Source: Promethearchaeia archaeon (GTDB taxonomy: Archaea; Asgardarchaeota; Lokiarchaeia; Sigyniarchaeales; SOKP01). Taken from it: a stretch of DNA of 64,000 nucleotides. Location: assembly GCA_029856145.1 (NCBI GenBank), contig JAHQWK010000028.1, forward strand, positions 1 through 64,000. Reading direction: 5' to 3'. Made by a program: the position numbers and the translations under genes. This document shows, one piece after another, positions 49,687-60,578 of this stretch (the first letter of the stretch is position 1; the number at the start of each line of letters is the position of its first letter). Below the pieces are notes generated by a model. It saw nothing but the letters and a program-made list of their open reading frames with translations, had not been told where the DNA came from and made no database searches.

Positions 49687-50221
49687 TTTTTAAACCTCTT
49701 CCTTTTAATTCTTTTTCAATATTATGCCCACATACATCACAAAAGCGAAGTTCAAGATTTATGAGCTCGATTTTGTTAGCACACATAGGACAAAATAAAT
49801 ATTTTTCCGATTTTAAGTTAACACTTACATCAAACAGCGGTGCAATAGCCTCAGTTAATTTACTATAAAATCCCGCAAGATGATTAAAAATTTTCTTCCC
49901 ATACTCAGTAACACTATAAAATTTTCTCCTTCTACCTGATTCTTCTCTTTCTGATTTTATTATATTATCGTCCTCTAATTTTCTCAAGATAGGATAAAGT
50001 GTTCCTTCTTCAATAACTAACATTTCATTTGTATGATCTGTTAAATCTTTCAAGATTTTATAACCATGTAGACCATTCTCACCTGCTTGAATTAGTATCG
50101 ATAATATGCAAAGTGAACTTATACCCCTATTAATCTCAGTTTCTTGTTTTTCTACAAAATCTCTGAAATCTTTTGAAGCTATCAATGCATTTGAATCTAA
50201 TTCTCTTACACGTTTTATCAT
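49679..50221 (-). CDS. PadR-family regulator with C-terminal Zn ribbon
   Basis: HGYKI, EGTLYPILRKLE, RRKFYSVTEYG, CPMC...CDVC. Confidence 0.9.
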   Translation of the reverse strand: MIKRVRELDSNALIASKDFRDFVEKQETEINRGISSLCILSILIQAGENGLHGYKILKDLTDHTNEMLVIEEGTLYPILRKLEDDNIIKSEREESGRRRKFYSVTEYGKKIFNHLAGFYSKLTEAIAPLFDVSVNLKSEKYLFCPMCANKIELINLELRFCDVCGHNIEKELKGRGLKNE

Positions 50222-50407
50222 ATTTTATAGCTCCTTTTTTTTATTTTTCGTATTTTTTAATAATATAGTATTTTATGAATACTATACTATACATAGTATT
50301 TAAAGTTTACTATTCTTTGCAAAGTATACTTTTTTTAAAGGTTTAAATTTTCACCAATTTTTACTAACTAAAACCTAAATTTTTAGGAATAGAATTTAAA
50401 TCTAAAT

Positions 50408-51913
50408 ATGAATTATAAAAACACTCCCATCATTGTAGGAGCCGCTCAAATCACACAGCAAAGAGATGTAGTTCAACCTCTTGATCCTCTTAATTTGATA
50501 GCAAAGGGAAGTCAAAATGCTCTTGATATGTCCGGAGTAGACGGTTTACGAAATGTTATTGACACAATATATATGTCGACTATTTCTAGCTGGATTTATG
50601 ATGACGCTCCAAGTAAACTTAGTATGCTTCTTGGTATAGAACCCAATCAAAAATATTCTGCACCCATAAGTGGTAACACACCTCAATTATTAGTCAATAA
50701 AGCTGCTAAAGCGATATTCTTAGGTGAGAGTAAAGCAATTCTTATTGCAGGAGGAGAAGCATCTTATTCTAAATATCGTGCAAAAAAAGGCGAAATTACA
50801 TTAAATTGGCCAAAACCACCTCCAAGAGCAGTAAATAAAGCTCGAAGAGCAATTATATTTTACTTAAGCCAGTTTGAAAATCATTATAGATTTACTAACC
50901 CTACATATACATACGCTTTAATTGAGACGGCCTTAAGAGCATCTTCAGGTAGAAGTTTAAAAGAACACTTAGATTATATCGGCAAACGCTATGAACGCTT
51001 CTCAATCATTGCTTCTAAAAATATTTATGCTTGGGAGCAAAAAAAATTTAATGCCGAAGAGATTATTACTCCCAGTCCTGATAATCGAATAGTATGCCAT
51101 CCATATACTAAACGTATGGTCGCTAACCTTTATGTAGATCAATCTGCGGCTTTAATAATGACAACAGAAGATATTGCTCAGAAACTAGGGATTGCGCGAA
51201 AATTCTGGGTTTACCCAATGGGAGGTGCTGATCTTATAAATATTTTTTATTTATCTCAACGTCCTCAGCTATATAATTCACCTGCGATTAGAAAAGCATC
51301 ACGACTAGCATTGGAGCAGGCAGGTCTCAAACTAAATGACATCGATGTTTTTGATCTTTATAATTGCTTTCCTTGTTTGGTTGAAATTGCTAGGCAAGAA
51401 ATTGGTATTCCTGAAGATGATCCACGTGATTTAACCGTAACAGGAGGACTTTCTTTTTTTGGTGGACCTTTTAGCAGCTATTCTATGCATTCAATTGTAA
51501 CAGCAGTTGATCTCATCCAAAAAAAGCCATCAATGAAAATAATGATCTTAGCAAATGGAGGATATAATACAGCGGAGTCAATTGGGATTTATGGAAATGA
51601 ACCTCCCGCAAAACCTTGGAATGAATTTAATTATACCAGCTTCCAAAAAATAATTGAAGCAAAAGCTTTACCTAAACCGATTGAAAAAGCAAAAGGAAAT
51701 CTTATAGTTGAAGCATATACAATTATATATGATAGAAAGGGGTTACCAGAATGGGGTGTTGTTATGGGACGCTTAGATAGAGGGGAACGCACTCTAGCTT
51801 TTATCATGGCAGATCCAGAAACATTTTTAAAATTAGAACAACAGGAACTTATAGGACAAAAATTTTTGGTAAAATATAACTATGAATTAAAATATAATGA
51901 GCTAATCTTTTAA
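50408..51913 (+). CDS. Thiolase-like protein (TLP-type, lacking the nucleophilic Cys)
   Basis: SGNTPQ, AGGEA, VDQSAA, DLYNCFP, TVTGGLSFFGGP, C-terminal extra domain. Confidence 0.85.
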   Translation: MNYKNTPIIVGAAQITQQRDVVQPLDPLNLIAKGSQNALDMSGVDGLRNVIDTIYMSTISSWIYDDAPSKLSMLLGIEPNQKYSAPISGNTPQLLVNKAAKAIFLGESKAILIAGGEASYSKYRAKKGEITLNWPKPPPRAVNKARRAIIFYLSQFENHYRFTNPTYTYALIETALRASSGRSLKEHLDYIGKRYERFSIIASKNIYAWEQKKFNAEEIITPSPDNRIVCHPYTKRMVANLYVDQSAALIMTTEDIAQKLGIARKFWVYPMGGADLINIFYLSQRPQLYNSPAIRKASRLALEQAGLKLNDIDVFDLYNCFPCLVEIARQEIGIPEDDPRDLTVTGGLSFFGGPFSSYSMHSIVTAVDLIQKKPSMKIMILANGGYNTAESIGIYGNEPPAKPWNEFNYTSFQKIIEAKALPKPIEKAKGNLIVEAYTIIYDRKGLPEWGVVMGRLDRGERTLAFIMADPETFLKLEQQELIGQKFLVKYNYELKYNELIF

Positions 51914-52132
51914 AATTAAGTTTTTTTATTCTTTTATTTTATCATTAGAATTTGTACTTTATATTATTATATTTAGATACGGAATTAATGGAAAAGGAAA
52001 CAAATAAAAAGATATAATTTATAATTTTTATAAAAGGAGACGGGATAAGAATAATTTGAATTCAGTTTCTGGGTAAAGAATAAATTTAATATTTATAAAA
52101 TGTTAATAATATAATAAGAAGGGTAATATGAT

Positions 52133-52912
52133 ATGGGCAATAAAAGTTCATATAAGGAATTCGTAGATCCTATTTTCATAAAAATGAAAAAAAACAGTAA
52201 ATATATATATTATACACTCACGAAGCCTAAAATTGTTAAGATTTCTATATATATTAGTCTACTCACTTTTTTTCCAGGATTGATCTTGGGATTAATTATT
52301 GCAATTAATTTTGGTTCTCTTGAATATAGTGTTTTGTATAATTGGATAAGTGATTTAGGATCTTTTATATATACCCCTGCACCCTTCATTTTAGATTTAA
52401 CATGTATATTAAGCGCAATTTTCATTGTTCCTTTAATCTTGAATTTAAGTCGATTGTATAGTTCACATCAAAATCATGAATTAGATAACTCAAAGAAGGA
52501 GCATTATACTATATTGTTTCGAAGAATATTTGGATATATTGGTGTTGTGTGCCTTTTTGTTGGTGTTATTGGAATGTTTTTTATTGGAGTATTTAGTTTA
52601 GATCGTTCTCCTTTTGATTTACATTTTTATTTCTCAACTTCGGCGTTTGGTGGATTTATATTTGGTGCTTTTTTTACAGGTTTAGCAATCGTATTAAGGA
52701 AAAGATTATTTCCTAAAACTGTTGGTTTTTTTATGATCTTTGGTCCATCAACAGCCTCTATATTATATTTACTTTGTCCAGCACCGTTAACAAGACAGTT
52801 TCTTGAATGGATACTGATGTTTAGCTCACTAGCATGGTATTATGTCATTGTTTTCATTACACTACAAAAACTAAATACGCTCCTCTTTTTTAATCCTGAT
52901 TTTAAATGGTAA
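52133..52912 (+). CDS. DUF998-like membrane protein
   Basis: NWISDLG, GVF, LH, LEW motifs. Confidence 0.7.
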   Translation: MGNKSSYKEFVDPIFIKMKKNSKYIYYTLTKPKIVKISIYISLLTFFPGLILGLIIAINFGSLEYSVLYNWISDLGSFIYTPAPFILDLTCILSAIFIVPLILNLSRLYSSHQNHELDNSKKEHYTILFRRIFGYIGVVCLFVGVIGMFFIGVFSLDRSPFDLHFYFSTSAFGGFIFGAFFTGLAIVLRKRLFPKTVGFFMIFGPSTASILYLLCPAPLTRQFLEWILMFSSLAWYYVIVFITLQKLNTLLFFNPDFKW

Positions 52913-53108
52913 CAATATGGATTAATACAAATCTCTCTTTTTTTCCTTCGGAAGTAATTGAAGTAAATATCTAAATTCTTCTTTTATGTTTTAGTATAAT
53001 CTCATTAATACAATTGAAAAATGGACTCCATTAGTTTTAATAGCATTTTAAAATTAATTCTAATCAATATAGAAAAATCATTTATATTCAAATCAAATAA
53101 ATAAAGGA

Positions 53109-54398
53109 TTGAAAATGAGCTATTCTGAAAATGAAATAATAAATAATTATCTCACTCAAGTATATAAAAAACTTCCTGAATGGCTTAAACTAAAAAAGGA
53201 AGATGCTGATAAAATTTTAAAAGATTTGGAAAACCAAATTTTAAGTGAATCAAGAAATATTGCTGAAGGTCAAGAACCCTCTGATGCTGATATACAACAA
53301 ACTTTATTCCAAATTGGAACTCCTGAAAGTATTGCTAAGATATATAAACTTCGAGGTACACCAAAATTATACATAACAGAAGAACTTTTTGACTTTTATA
53401 TAAGAACGATGCTTTTTTTCTTTATAATTGTCATTGCAATAAATGTTATTGTATCAATTTTTCAATTTTTCTTCCAACCATGGTGGCAAGTTTTTGGGAG
53501 TATGTTTACAGGGATATGGATTGGGTGTTTGATAACGGCTATTGTTATTACAATTCTGTTCGTCTATTTTTCCATGCAAGGCTTTTTACCCGAAGATTTT
53601 GGCTTCATTCCCTCACGATTAGCGTTGATATTCCCTTTTCATATATCAGAAATGGGTTTACAAGAAACTAGAGAATATACTAAAGCAAAATTAGAGGAAG
53701 CAAGTCAAAAAACAAAGGAAACAATCACAGAAGCACGAATCCGTATGAAAGAAAAATTAACTGAAATAAAAGCTATCACAAAAGAAAAATTAGAAGCAAC
53801 AGAATTAAGGAGAGAACAAAAGCTACTAGACGCTAAAATTCGAAGAGAAGAGAAATTAGAAAGAGCCAAACAACGTAGAGAAGGAAGAAGAGAAGAAGCT
53901 AAGTTAAAAAGAGATTTAAAAAAAAAGCAGCCAGTTACTATTGGTGAATTAATTTTTGGTGCTATTGGAGGAATCGTATTTGGACTATTCATTATTATAC
54001 AGCCTTTTGCAGGGATTCCAGGATTATTTGTCACTGAATTCCTCGATTGGTTAAAATTATTCGGATTGCTTATAGTTATCAGTGGTTTAATTAACTTGAT
54101 TCGATTAGCAATTGGCGTTAGAAATCATACAGGTCAACAAGTAATGCTAGTGCTCGAAGCACTATATTCATTAGCATTCATACCTGTCTTTTTGATTCTT
54201 TTAAATAATCCTGAGATATTTCCAATTTCTCTTTTTTCAGGAGGTACTATCTCTGTCATTCCGTATGATACAAGCAATTTAGCTTACATTATTTATTTCT
54301 GGATAATAATTGGAATAATAATTGCAATTTTGGGCTCTATGATAGGGAACTTTTACAAAGTAAGTAAGCTTCAAAAATTAAAAGCAGAATTTTATTGA
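53109..54398 (+). CDS. HAAS-domain membrane protein paralog with charged coiled-coil insertion
   Basis: Shares KLPEWLK, RGTPK.YIT, SM.G..PEDF, GE.I.GAI, IFPI with 48637-49686. Confidence 0.8.
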   Translation: MKMSYSENEIINNYLTQVYKKLPEWLKLKKEDADKILKDLENQILSESRNIAEGQEPSDADIQQTLFQIGTPESIAKIYKLRGTPKLYITEELFDFYIRTMLFFFIIVIAINVIVSIFQFFFQPWWQVFGSMFTGIWIGCLITAIVITILFVYFSMQGFLPEDFGFIPSRLALIFPFHISEMGLQETREYTKAKLEEASQKTKETITEARIRMKEKLTEIKAITKEKLEATELRREQKLLDAKIRREEKLERAKQRREGRREEAKLKRDLKKKQPVTIGELIFGAIGGIVFGLFIIIQPFAGIPGLFVTEFLDWLKLFGLLIVISGLINLIRLAIGVRNHTGQQVMLVLEALYSLAFIPVFLILLNNPEIFPISLFSGGTISVIPYDTSNLAYIIYFWIIIGIIIAILGSMIGNFYKVSKLQKLKAEFY

Positions 54399-54456
54399 TA
54401 TCTTTATAATAAAATCAAATTTTTTTTTCTTATTCTCTTATATTTATATACTAATA

Positions 54457-54594
54457 TCAACCAAAAATTCCGCCACCGCCACCATTACTAGGAATAACAT
54501 TAATACCCGCCAACGGCAAAATAACAAAAAGTAAAAGTACAACAAATATTATTACTACAGCAGCACTAACAATAATTATTATCTTTTTTTCCAT
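54457..54594 (-). CDS. Small single-pass membrane protein (45 aa); absent from ORF track
   Basis: MEKKIIIIVSAAVVIIFVVLLLFVILPLAGINVIPSNGGGGGIFG; AGGT upstream, T-rich tract downstream. Confidence 0.7.
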   Translation of the reverse strand: MEKKIIIIVSAAVVIIFVVLLLFVILPLAGINVIPSNGGGGGIFG

Positions 54595-54781
54595 AATATT
54601 ACCTATCATTTTTTGTATTTAAAAAGGTTTGTTAAAATAAAGGGGAGTAATGTCTTTTTTTTTAGCATTCGCACTTAGACTATTAATATTTTTTTAGAAT
54701 TTCTTATTAATTAAAATTGTTAAGTTATAAACTTAGTTTTCATTTTATTTGATATTAACCTCCATTTTGTAAGAATTAATT

Positions 54782-55606
54782 ATGAATTTACCTAACATTC
54801 TGGAAAAAAAGTTAAAGAGTGTTATTGCTTTTTTAGAAGGAAAAAAGGTTATAGTAGCTTTTTCGGGAGGTGTTGATAGTTCACTTCTAGCATTTCTCTC
54901 AAAAAAATATGCAAAAGACACTCTTCTTATAACTGAAAGATCAATTCTTTATCCTGAAGAAGAAATCGATGAGGCATCTCAATTTGCTAAAAAACATGGC
55001 ATAAATCACACGATTGTTGAACGAGATCCCTTAAAAGATGAACAGTTCCAGTGTAATCCCTCAAACAGATGTTATATATGTAAAACTGGATTGTATAATG
55101 ATATTCTTGAAATAAAAAATTCAAAAAATTATGATGAAATATTAGATGGTTCGAATACAGATGATCTTTCGGATTATAGACCTGGAATGCGAGCCCTAAA
55201 AGAGTTACAAATAAATACTCCTTATATAGATTTCAATATTAATAAGAATGAGATAAGAGAGATAAGTAAATTTTATGAACTAGATGTTCAATCTAAACCA
55301 TCGATGGCATGCTTTTCATCTCGAATTCCTTATGGACAAATCATTAATGAAAATAAATTAATAATGATTAGGGAAGCAGAAAAATTTCTTAAAGATAGAT
55401 TTAATCTAAAACAATTAAGAGTGAGAGTACATGAAGAAAAACTTGCACGGATTGAATTCTTACCTGAAGATTTATCCAATATTTTAACAGCAAGTAACAT
55501 AGAACTAATTAGGAACAAATTAAAGGAACTTGGGTTTATTTATGTCACAATTGATATTGAAGGCTTTCGATCAGGCTCAATGAATGAGGTTTTAGATTTA
55601 AATTAG
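54782..55606 (+). CDS. larE: ATP-dependent sacrificial sulfur transferase LarE
   Basis: AFSGGVDS, RCYICK, DYRPG, ACFSSRIPYG, GFRSGSMNE. Confidence 0.93.
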   Translation: MNLPNILEKKLKSVIAFLEGKKVIVAFSGGVDSSLLAFLSKKYAKDTLLITERSILYPEEEIDEASQFAKKHGINHTIVERDPLKDEQFQCNPSNRCYICKTGLYNDILEIKNSKNYDEILDGSNTDDLSDYRPGMRALKELQINTPYIDFNINKNEIREISKFYELDVQSKPSMACFSSRIPYGQIINENKLIMIREAEKFLKDRFNLKQLRVRVHEEKLARIEFLPEDLSNILTASNIELIRNKLKELGFIYVTIDIEGFRSGSMNEVLDLN

Positions 55607-55618
55607 TGCTTAAAATTT

Positions 55619-57022
55619 CTAGTTCAGGTTTTTTATGTATTTAATTATCTTCTTTCGCTTATTTAACGCTTTTAAGGCTGAATTTTCAATGTTTTTTTCC
55701 ATATTCTTAAGAGATTCAGGTGTTTCTTCTCCAATTTCTTGTTTTATTTTTGTATAAGCAGATTCTCTAAATTTTGGAAGGATTTCTTTTTTTTTTTTCT
55801 CTTCATAGGTTAGAAATACTTGGTTTGAATCATCCACATAACCTATTTCATCACATCTAATATTTTTTCTTTTAAGATCGCCGATAATTTTCTCTGACAC
55901 AGATTCAGAACAAAATATTAAAAGTGCATCTAAAGAAACTCCTAAATAATCCACTCCAACTTTTTCTAACATATCTAAAACAATAGGATTTACAAGATTT
56001 CTTACTTTTTCCTCAAAGATATTAACTCCACAATTAGCTTCATAATTAATTTCATATAGATCTCCTCTTAAACCACCATTTGTAACATCGCACATAGCTC
56101 TAATTTCATTTATGTAATTAGAGTTTAAAACGATTTCACAAGCTTCAAGGAATTTAATATTCATAGTTTCTTTTACAACTTCATGATTTCCAGAATAAAT
56201 TGCTGTGGTTGTGATTGTTCCACCTCCTCCACCTTCCGTCATAAGTATTCTATCCCCATTTTTTATGTTCCTTCTAGCAAGTAATTTTCTCTTAGCAAGA
56301 CCAACTGCTGCAATTCCTCCTACAAGTCTATTTCCAATAACCATATCACCTCCAATTCTTAAAGTTGAACCTGCCGTGATAGGGACATTAGTAAGTTCTG
56401 CGATTGTTGAAACTCCTGACATAAAATCAAATAATTTTCCAACATCTGCATCATCCCCTAAATGAACATCGACCATAATTGAAATTGGTTTTGCTCCCTT
56501 AACATACAAATCTCTTAATGCGGCACGTGTAACATGAAATCCACAAATAAAGGGAAAATCACTTAATCTGGAATGAATCCCCTCCATTTTAGAGGCTACA
56601 ATTAAATCATAATGGCCATATCTTTTTCCATTAAAACTAGTAATACTTGATAATCTTATTGCACCAGCATCATCTAATGACGTAGGTGCTAAGAATGGTT
56701 TTTTATCAGTCTCAGATAATTCTGCAATTAATTTATGTACAAAAAAATCACCTGCACCTCGACACCCTACTCCTTGCTTCCCTATAGTAACATTAGCATT
56801 ATTTATATCTAATAATTCTTTTATAAAAGGGTTAGCAACTGAACTAATATCACTTTTCTGACATTCTTCAAAAATTGCTTTTGCATATTTAATTGCTAAA
56901 GAATTATCAATATCTTTAAAATCATGATACTCTTGTACTATTCTATCAATAATATCTTGTTCAGAATATCCCTTTTTTATTAAATTCCGAGTTAATCCTT
57001 CTAAATCACTCAAATTGCTCAA
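55619..57022 (-). CDS. AIR synthase (PurM-like) family protein, archaeal
   Basis: GVGCRGAGDFFVH, GIHSRLSDFP, CDVTNGGLRGD. Confidence 0.85.
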   Translation of the reverse strand: MSNLSDLEGLTRNLIKKGYSEQDIIDRIVQEYHDFKDIDNSLAIKYAKAIFEECQKSDISSVANPFIKELLDINNANVTIGKQGVGCRGAGDFFVHKLIAELSETDKKPFLAPTSLDDAGAIRLSSITSFNGKRYGHYDLIVASKMEGIHSRLSDFPFICGFHVTRAALRDLYVKGAKPISIMVDVHLGDDADVGKLFDFMSGVSTIAELTNVPITAGSTLRIGGDMVIGNRLVGGIAAVGLAKRKLLARRNIKNGDRILMTEGGGGGTITTTAIYSGNHEVVKETMNIKFLEACEIVLNSNYINEIRAMCDVTNGGLRGDLYEINYEANCGVNIFEEKVRNLVNPIVLDMLEKVGVDYLGVSLDALLIFCSESVSEKIIGDLKRKNIRCDEIGYVDDSNQVFLTYEEKKKKEILPKFRESAYTKIKQEIGEETPESLKNMEKNIENSALKALNKRKKIIKYIKNLN

Positions 57023-57128
57023 ATCCTTCTAAATCACTAAGAACTATAAATAAAAGTTTATAATACATTTAAATTATTTTGAAAATTCTTATTTATAGTT
57101 TAGAGTTCCTAAGTTAAAAAAGAATAAA

Positions 57129-58139
57129 ATGACCTCTTTAAGAATAACAACCCCTTGTCGCATTCATCTTTCTTTAATAGACGAGAATGGATACACTGGT
57201 AGGGTTGATGGTGGTATTGGTCTTATGTTAGACCGTCCTAATGTAGTTTTTGAAGCCTCTAATAGTGCTAAAGAATTCAAAATTGAGGCTCATAAATATT
57301 ATCGAGAATCAATTGAAGTCATCAATGAAATAGCTTCTAAGGTATTTAAAAACTATAATATTAGTAATAAGAATTTTCATTTCAATCTTAAAAGATACTT
57401 CCCCTCACACGTGGGATTAGGCTCAAAAACTCAATTATCTTTAGCTATTGCTACAGCAATAATGCAGTTGAAGAATCTTAGTCATTTAACTCATAAGGAT
57501 TTAACTAAATTAGTAGAAAGAGGAGGAACCTCTGGAATTGGTTGGAGAGGTTTTAAAACAGGTGGATTTATTTTAGATGGTGGACATGATTTTGGACGAG
57601 GAAAAGAGAAAGAAACTTTTTTGCCTTCGTCTGCTTCAACTTCAGCTAACCCTGCATTAACAATCTTTAGACATAATATACCTGAAAATTGGAGATTTGT
57701 ACTTGTTATCCCTAATGTAAAAAAGGGCGCTTATGGTGATGAAGAAATCAGTGTATTTCAAGAATATGCTCCAATTCCTAGAAATGAAGTAAATGAAGTA
57801 TCGCATCAAGTAATTATGAAGATTTTACCAAGCATTATTAAAAATGATTTAAAATGCTTTGGAGAAGGATTGAGAAGAATTCAGAACATAGGATTTAAGA
57901 AGATCGAAATCGAATTACAGCATGACATCGTTAAAGATTTAATTAACTTTTATGAAGATTATGGGCTAAAGGCTTATGGTATGTCATCTTTTGGACCAAG
58001 TGTTGTTGGTATTGTAGAATCAGATATAGAAGCAGAAACGCTACTAAGAGAAGTTCAAAAGAATCAAAAAAATAGGGGAGGTCATATATATATTTGTAAA
58101 CCTAATAATACAGGAGCAAAAATTGAATTTATAGATTGA
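57129..58139 (+). CDS. mptG: Beta-ribofuranosylaminobenzene 5'-phosphate synthase
   Basis: RIHLSLID, HVGLGSKTQ, RGGTSGIG, ILDGGH, MSSFGP. Confidence 0.92.
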   Translation: MTSLRITTPCRIHLSLIDENGYTGRVDGGIGLMLDRPNVVFEASNSAKEFKIEAHKYYRESIEVINEIASKVFKNYNISNKNFHFNLKRYFPSHVGLGSKTQLSLAIATAIMQLKNLSHLTHKDLTKLVERGGTSGIGWRGFKTGGFILDGGHDFGRGKEKETFLPSSASTSANPALTIFRHNIPENWRFVLVIPNVKKGAYGDEEISVFQEYAPIPRNEVNEVSHQVIMKILPSIIKNDLKCFGEGLRRIQNIGFKKIEIELQHDIVKDLINFYEDYGLKAYGMSSFGPSVVGIVESDIEAETLLREVQKNQKNRGGHIYICKPNNTGAKIEFID

Positions 58140-58145
58140 GGTCAA

Positions 58146-58544
58146 ATGCCTATAACTAATGAAAATATTTATTTTTCATCTGATCTAAGTGGGAGAGAAA
58201 GAGCGTGTTTTGAGGCTGGTATCAAATTAGGAGCTCTTTATCACATTCTATGTGGTATTCCAATAACATCAGATGAGAAAATTATTAATTCTATTGAAAA
58301 CGGTATTGAAACAGCAATTTCTTGCCAACCGTATGTTCAATCTGTAAAAATAACATTAGATAAAGGGAATATTAAAGGAAATAAATCTACACAATTCGAT
58401 TATGATGAAATATCAGGGAAAATTATTCATGCTGAATTAACTGTAAAATATAATACAATTGAAGTATTAGCAAAAATCGATTGGATTGAAGATTTACAAT
58501 ACCCTCTTATGTTTATTGAAAAAATTCATGAGATCAAACGATAA
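58146..58544 (+). CDS. mptD: Archaeal dihydroneopterin aldolase
   Basis: RERACFEAGIKLGALYH, QPYV, YPLM. Confidence 0.88.
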   Translation: MPITNENIYFSSDLSGRERACFEAGIKLGALYHILCGIPITSDEKIINSIENGIETAISCQPYVQSVKITLDKGNIKGNKSTQFDYDEISGKIIHAELTVKYNTIEVLAKIDWIEDLQYPLMFIEKIHEIKR

Positions 58545-58633
58545 AAATTGAATTCTTTGATACTTCATGAAACTGGTTAAAAAAACATTTTTGTTATATA
58601 TATATTAAAATTTACTTATGAGAATATAATTAA

Positions 58634-58885
58634 ATGAAGACGAAAAATATAAGTGTTAATATTAAAAAAGATGAGAAAATCCCATTTAAGGAAACATACA
58701 TAGCATTTTATAAAAGTAAAAATAAAATAAAAATTGATCAAAAATTTATAGATAAAACTAAAAACCAATCAATAACCTTAAACTTCAAAGAATGTGAACG
58801 GTTGATAAATTTACTCACTTTATTTGTTTTTAATGGGAAATTTGAGCCATATAAAGGAAAAATGCTTAAGTTTGAAGAAGATTAA
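58634..58885 (+). CDS. Hypothetical protein
   Basis: 83-aa ORF only. Confidence 0.35.
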   Translation: MKTKNISVNIKKDEKIPFKETYIAFYKSKNKIKIDQKFIDKTKNQSITLNFKECERLINLLTLFVFNGKFEPYKGKMLKFEED

Positions 58886-59580
58886 TACTTTAAACTACTA
58901 ATGTATTTGTTCACAAGGTAAATTGCTTTTAGTGCTCTTCTATTTTTTCCAAATCTTTCAATATTCTCTATAAAATCTTTTATTTTTTCATGAATCTTAG
59001 AAAATAAAGCTTGGTTTTGATTCTCTCTAGCAATCTTTAAACGAGTTGCTAATATTATTGCTTCTAGAGCTAGATTTTCCGCCCTATTAAATAGTTTATG
59101 AGTTTCTTGAAGTTTTTCAGTAAAAATAACATCTAATTTAAACACGGGTATAATAACTTCTCCTAAATCATCGTTTTTAGTTTTTTGAAATTCTTGTGAA
59201 ACTTTCCCTATTAAAATTCCCCATGCTTTTCTTATATAAGGTACATCCTTAGCATGAGATTCTAGATATTTAAAATCATAATATTTTGAGGGAAAATCCG
59301 TCAAACTAATAGGAGAATCTAGTTCTTTTAAAGCAGCTAGAGCATATAAATATACGTCATCAACGAAATTAATCGCAATTGTACTATAATCTTTCAAATT
59401 TTTATAAGTAATTGTACTATAGAAAGGAGATATTTGTATTTGTCCGCCTTCTATCATTCTAATGCCCATACAAGAAGCATTAGGCTTAATTTCCTTGCCA
59501 CTTTTTGTTATAGAATAAGTTGTGGCTATGATTTCATATAAATTATCTTTTTTTAGTCCGAAATCTTGATAATTAAACAT
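58882..59580 (-). CDS. DUF447-family protein
   Basis: YEIIATT, PNASCMG, T..NL, NRA..L.LEAII.ATRL; next to mpt genes. Confidence 0.78.
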   Translation of the reverse strand: MFNYQDFGLKKDNLYEIIATTYSITKSGKEIKPNASCMGIRMIEGGQIQISPFYSTITYKNLKDYSTIAINFVDDVYLYALAALKELDSPISLTDFPSKYYDFKYLESHAKDVPYIRKAWGILIGKVSQEFQKTKNDDLGEVIIPVFKLDVIFTEKLQETHKLFNRAENLALEAIILATRLKIARENQNQALFSKIHEKIKDFIENIERFGKNRRALKAIYLVNKYISSLKY

Positions 59581-59654
59581 TGTGATTCAACAGAGGGACT
59601 TTTTAGATTACTTCTAACTTAACATTAATTGATTCTTTAATTGAGGAATAATAA

Positions 59655-60533
59655 TTAAAGAGAAAATTTATCTACTTTGGGTCGTGTTTCAATTTTTGGG
59701 TAAATTTTACCAATAATTGGGGGAGAACTATTATAAATTTCTTCAATATCTATTAATCCATATTGAATATCTTCGATTTTTTGAATACTAGTAAAGGTTC
59801 CTTTCACAACTTGACTGGCCATATCGAAATTAGCACCAATGACAGCAACTTTAGAATTAACAGGTATTTGTAAAAAATCTTCCCTTAAAGCAGTTAATGG
59901 GAAATAAAGCCTATTATGATCAACAGCATTTAGTTGAAGATGTGGAATAATTACGGGATACCCATCAGAAGGATCGATATAAGCTATCGCTCTTACACCT
60001 ATTTTATTTGTAAATAGTTTATACCCTATAACATTTAACCTCTTTTCCTCTAGATTGGTTTTAGATTCTTTTGCAATAGCTTTGAAAATTTTTCTTGGGA
60101 TATTACCAGGTGGTAAATCTCTAATGGGAGTTACAGCAATAACATTATTATAAAAGACTTTATAAACATTAATATACGTTAAATATCGGAAAAAATCTAA
60201 TTGATTGAAATATTCAAGGTCTTCTCCTTCGGTTTTTATATGAGTAAAATCAGTTTTTACTTGAATGAACTTAAATGGAGCTTCCGGAGTCATATAAAAA
60301 ATACCTTGTTTTGGATTTTTTTGCACATTTTCTTTACTTGTACCTGCAAAAAATTGCCCCCATACTATTTGATCTCTGCTTTTCGCCCGATTTGACGTAA
60401 TAATTGTAATATGGGGCCAACCCCTTGAATCTATTGTAGAAACCAATTTTACCATTATTTCTGGTTGAGTAAATTCAATAAGTTCACCAGAAAATTCAGA
60501 ATCCCAACCAGATTTATTATTATCTTCAGCCAT
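59655..60533 (-). CDS. Tandem pyridoxamine-5'-phosphate-oxidase-like (split-barrel) protein
   Basis: LVSTIDSRGWPH and IAYIDPSDGYP duplicated motifs. Confidence 0.7.
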   Translation of the reverse strand: MAEDNNKSGWDSEFSGELIEFTQPEIMVKLVSTIDSRGWPHITIITSNRAKSRDQIVWGQFFAGTSKENVQKNPKQGIFYMTPEAPFKFIQVKTDFTHIKTEGEDLEYFNQLDFFRYLTYINVYKVFYNNVIAVTPIRDLPPGNIPRKIFKAIAKESKTNLEEKRLNVIGYKLFTNKIGVRAIAYIDPSDGYPVIIPHLQLNAVDHNRLYFPLTALREDFLQIPVNSKVAVIGANFDMASQVVKGTFTSIQKIEDIQYGLIDIEEIYNSSPPIIGKIYPKIETRPKVDKFSL

Positions 60534-60578
60534 ATTTTATCAAGTTTTTTATCTTATATAAATTCTTAATGGATATTA

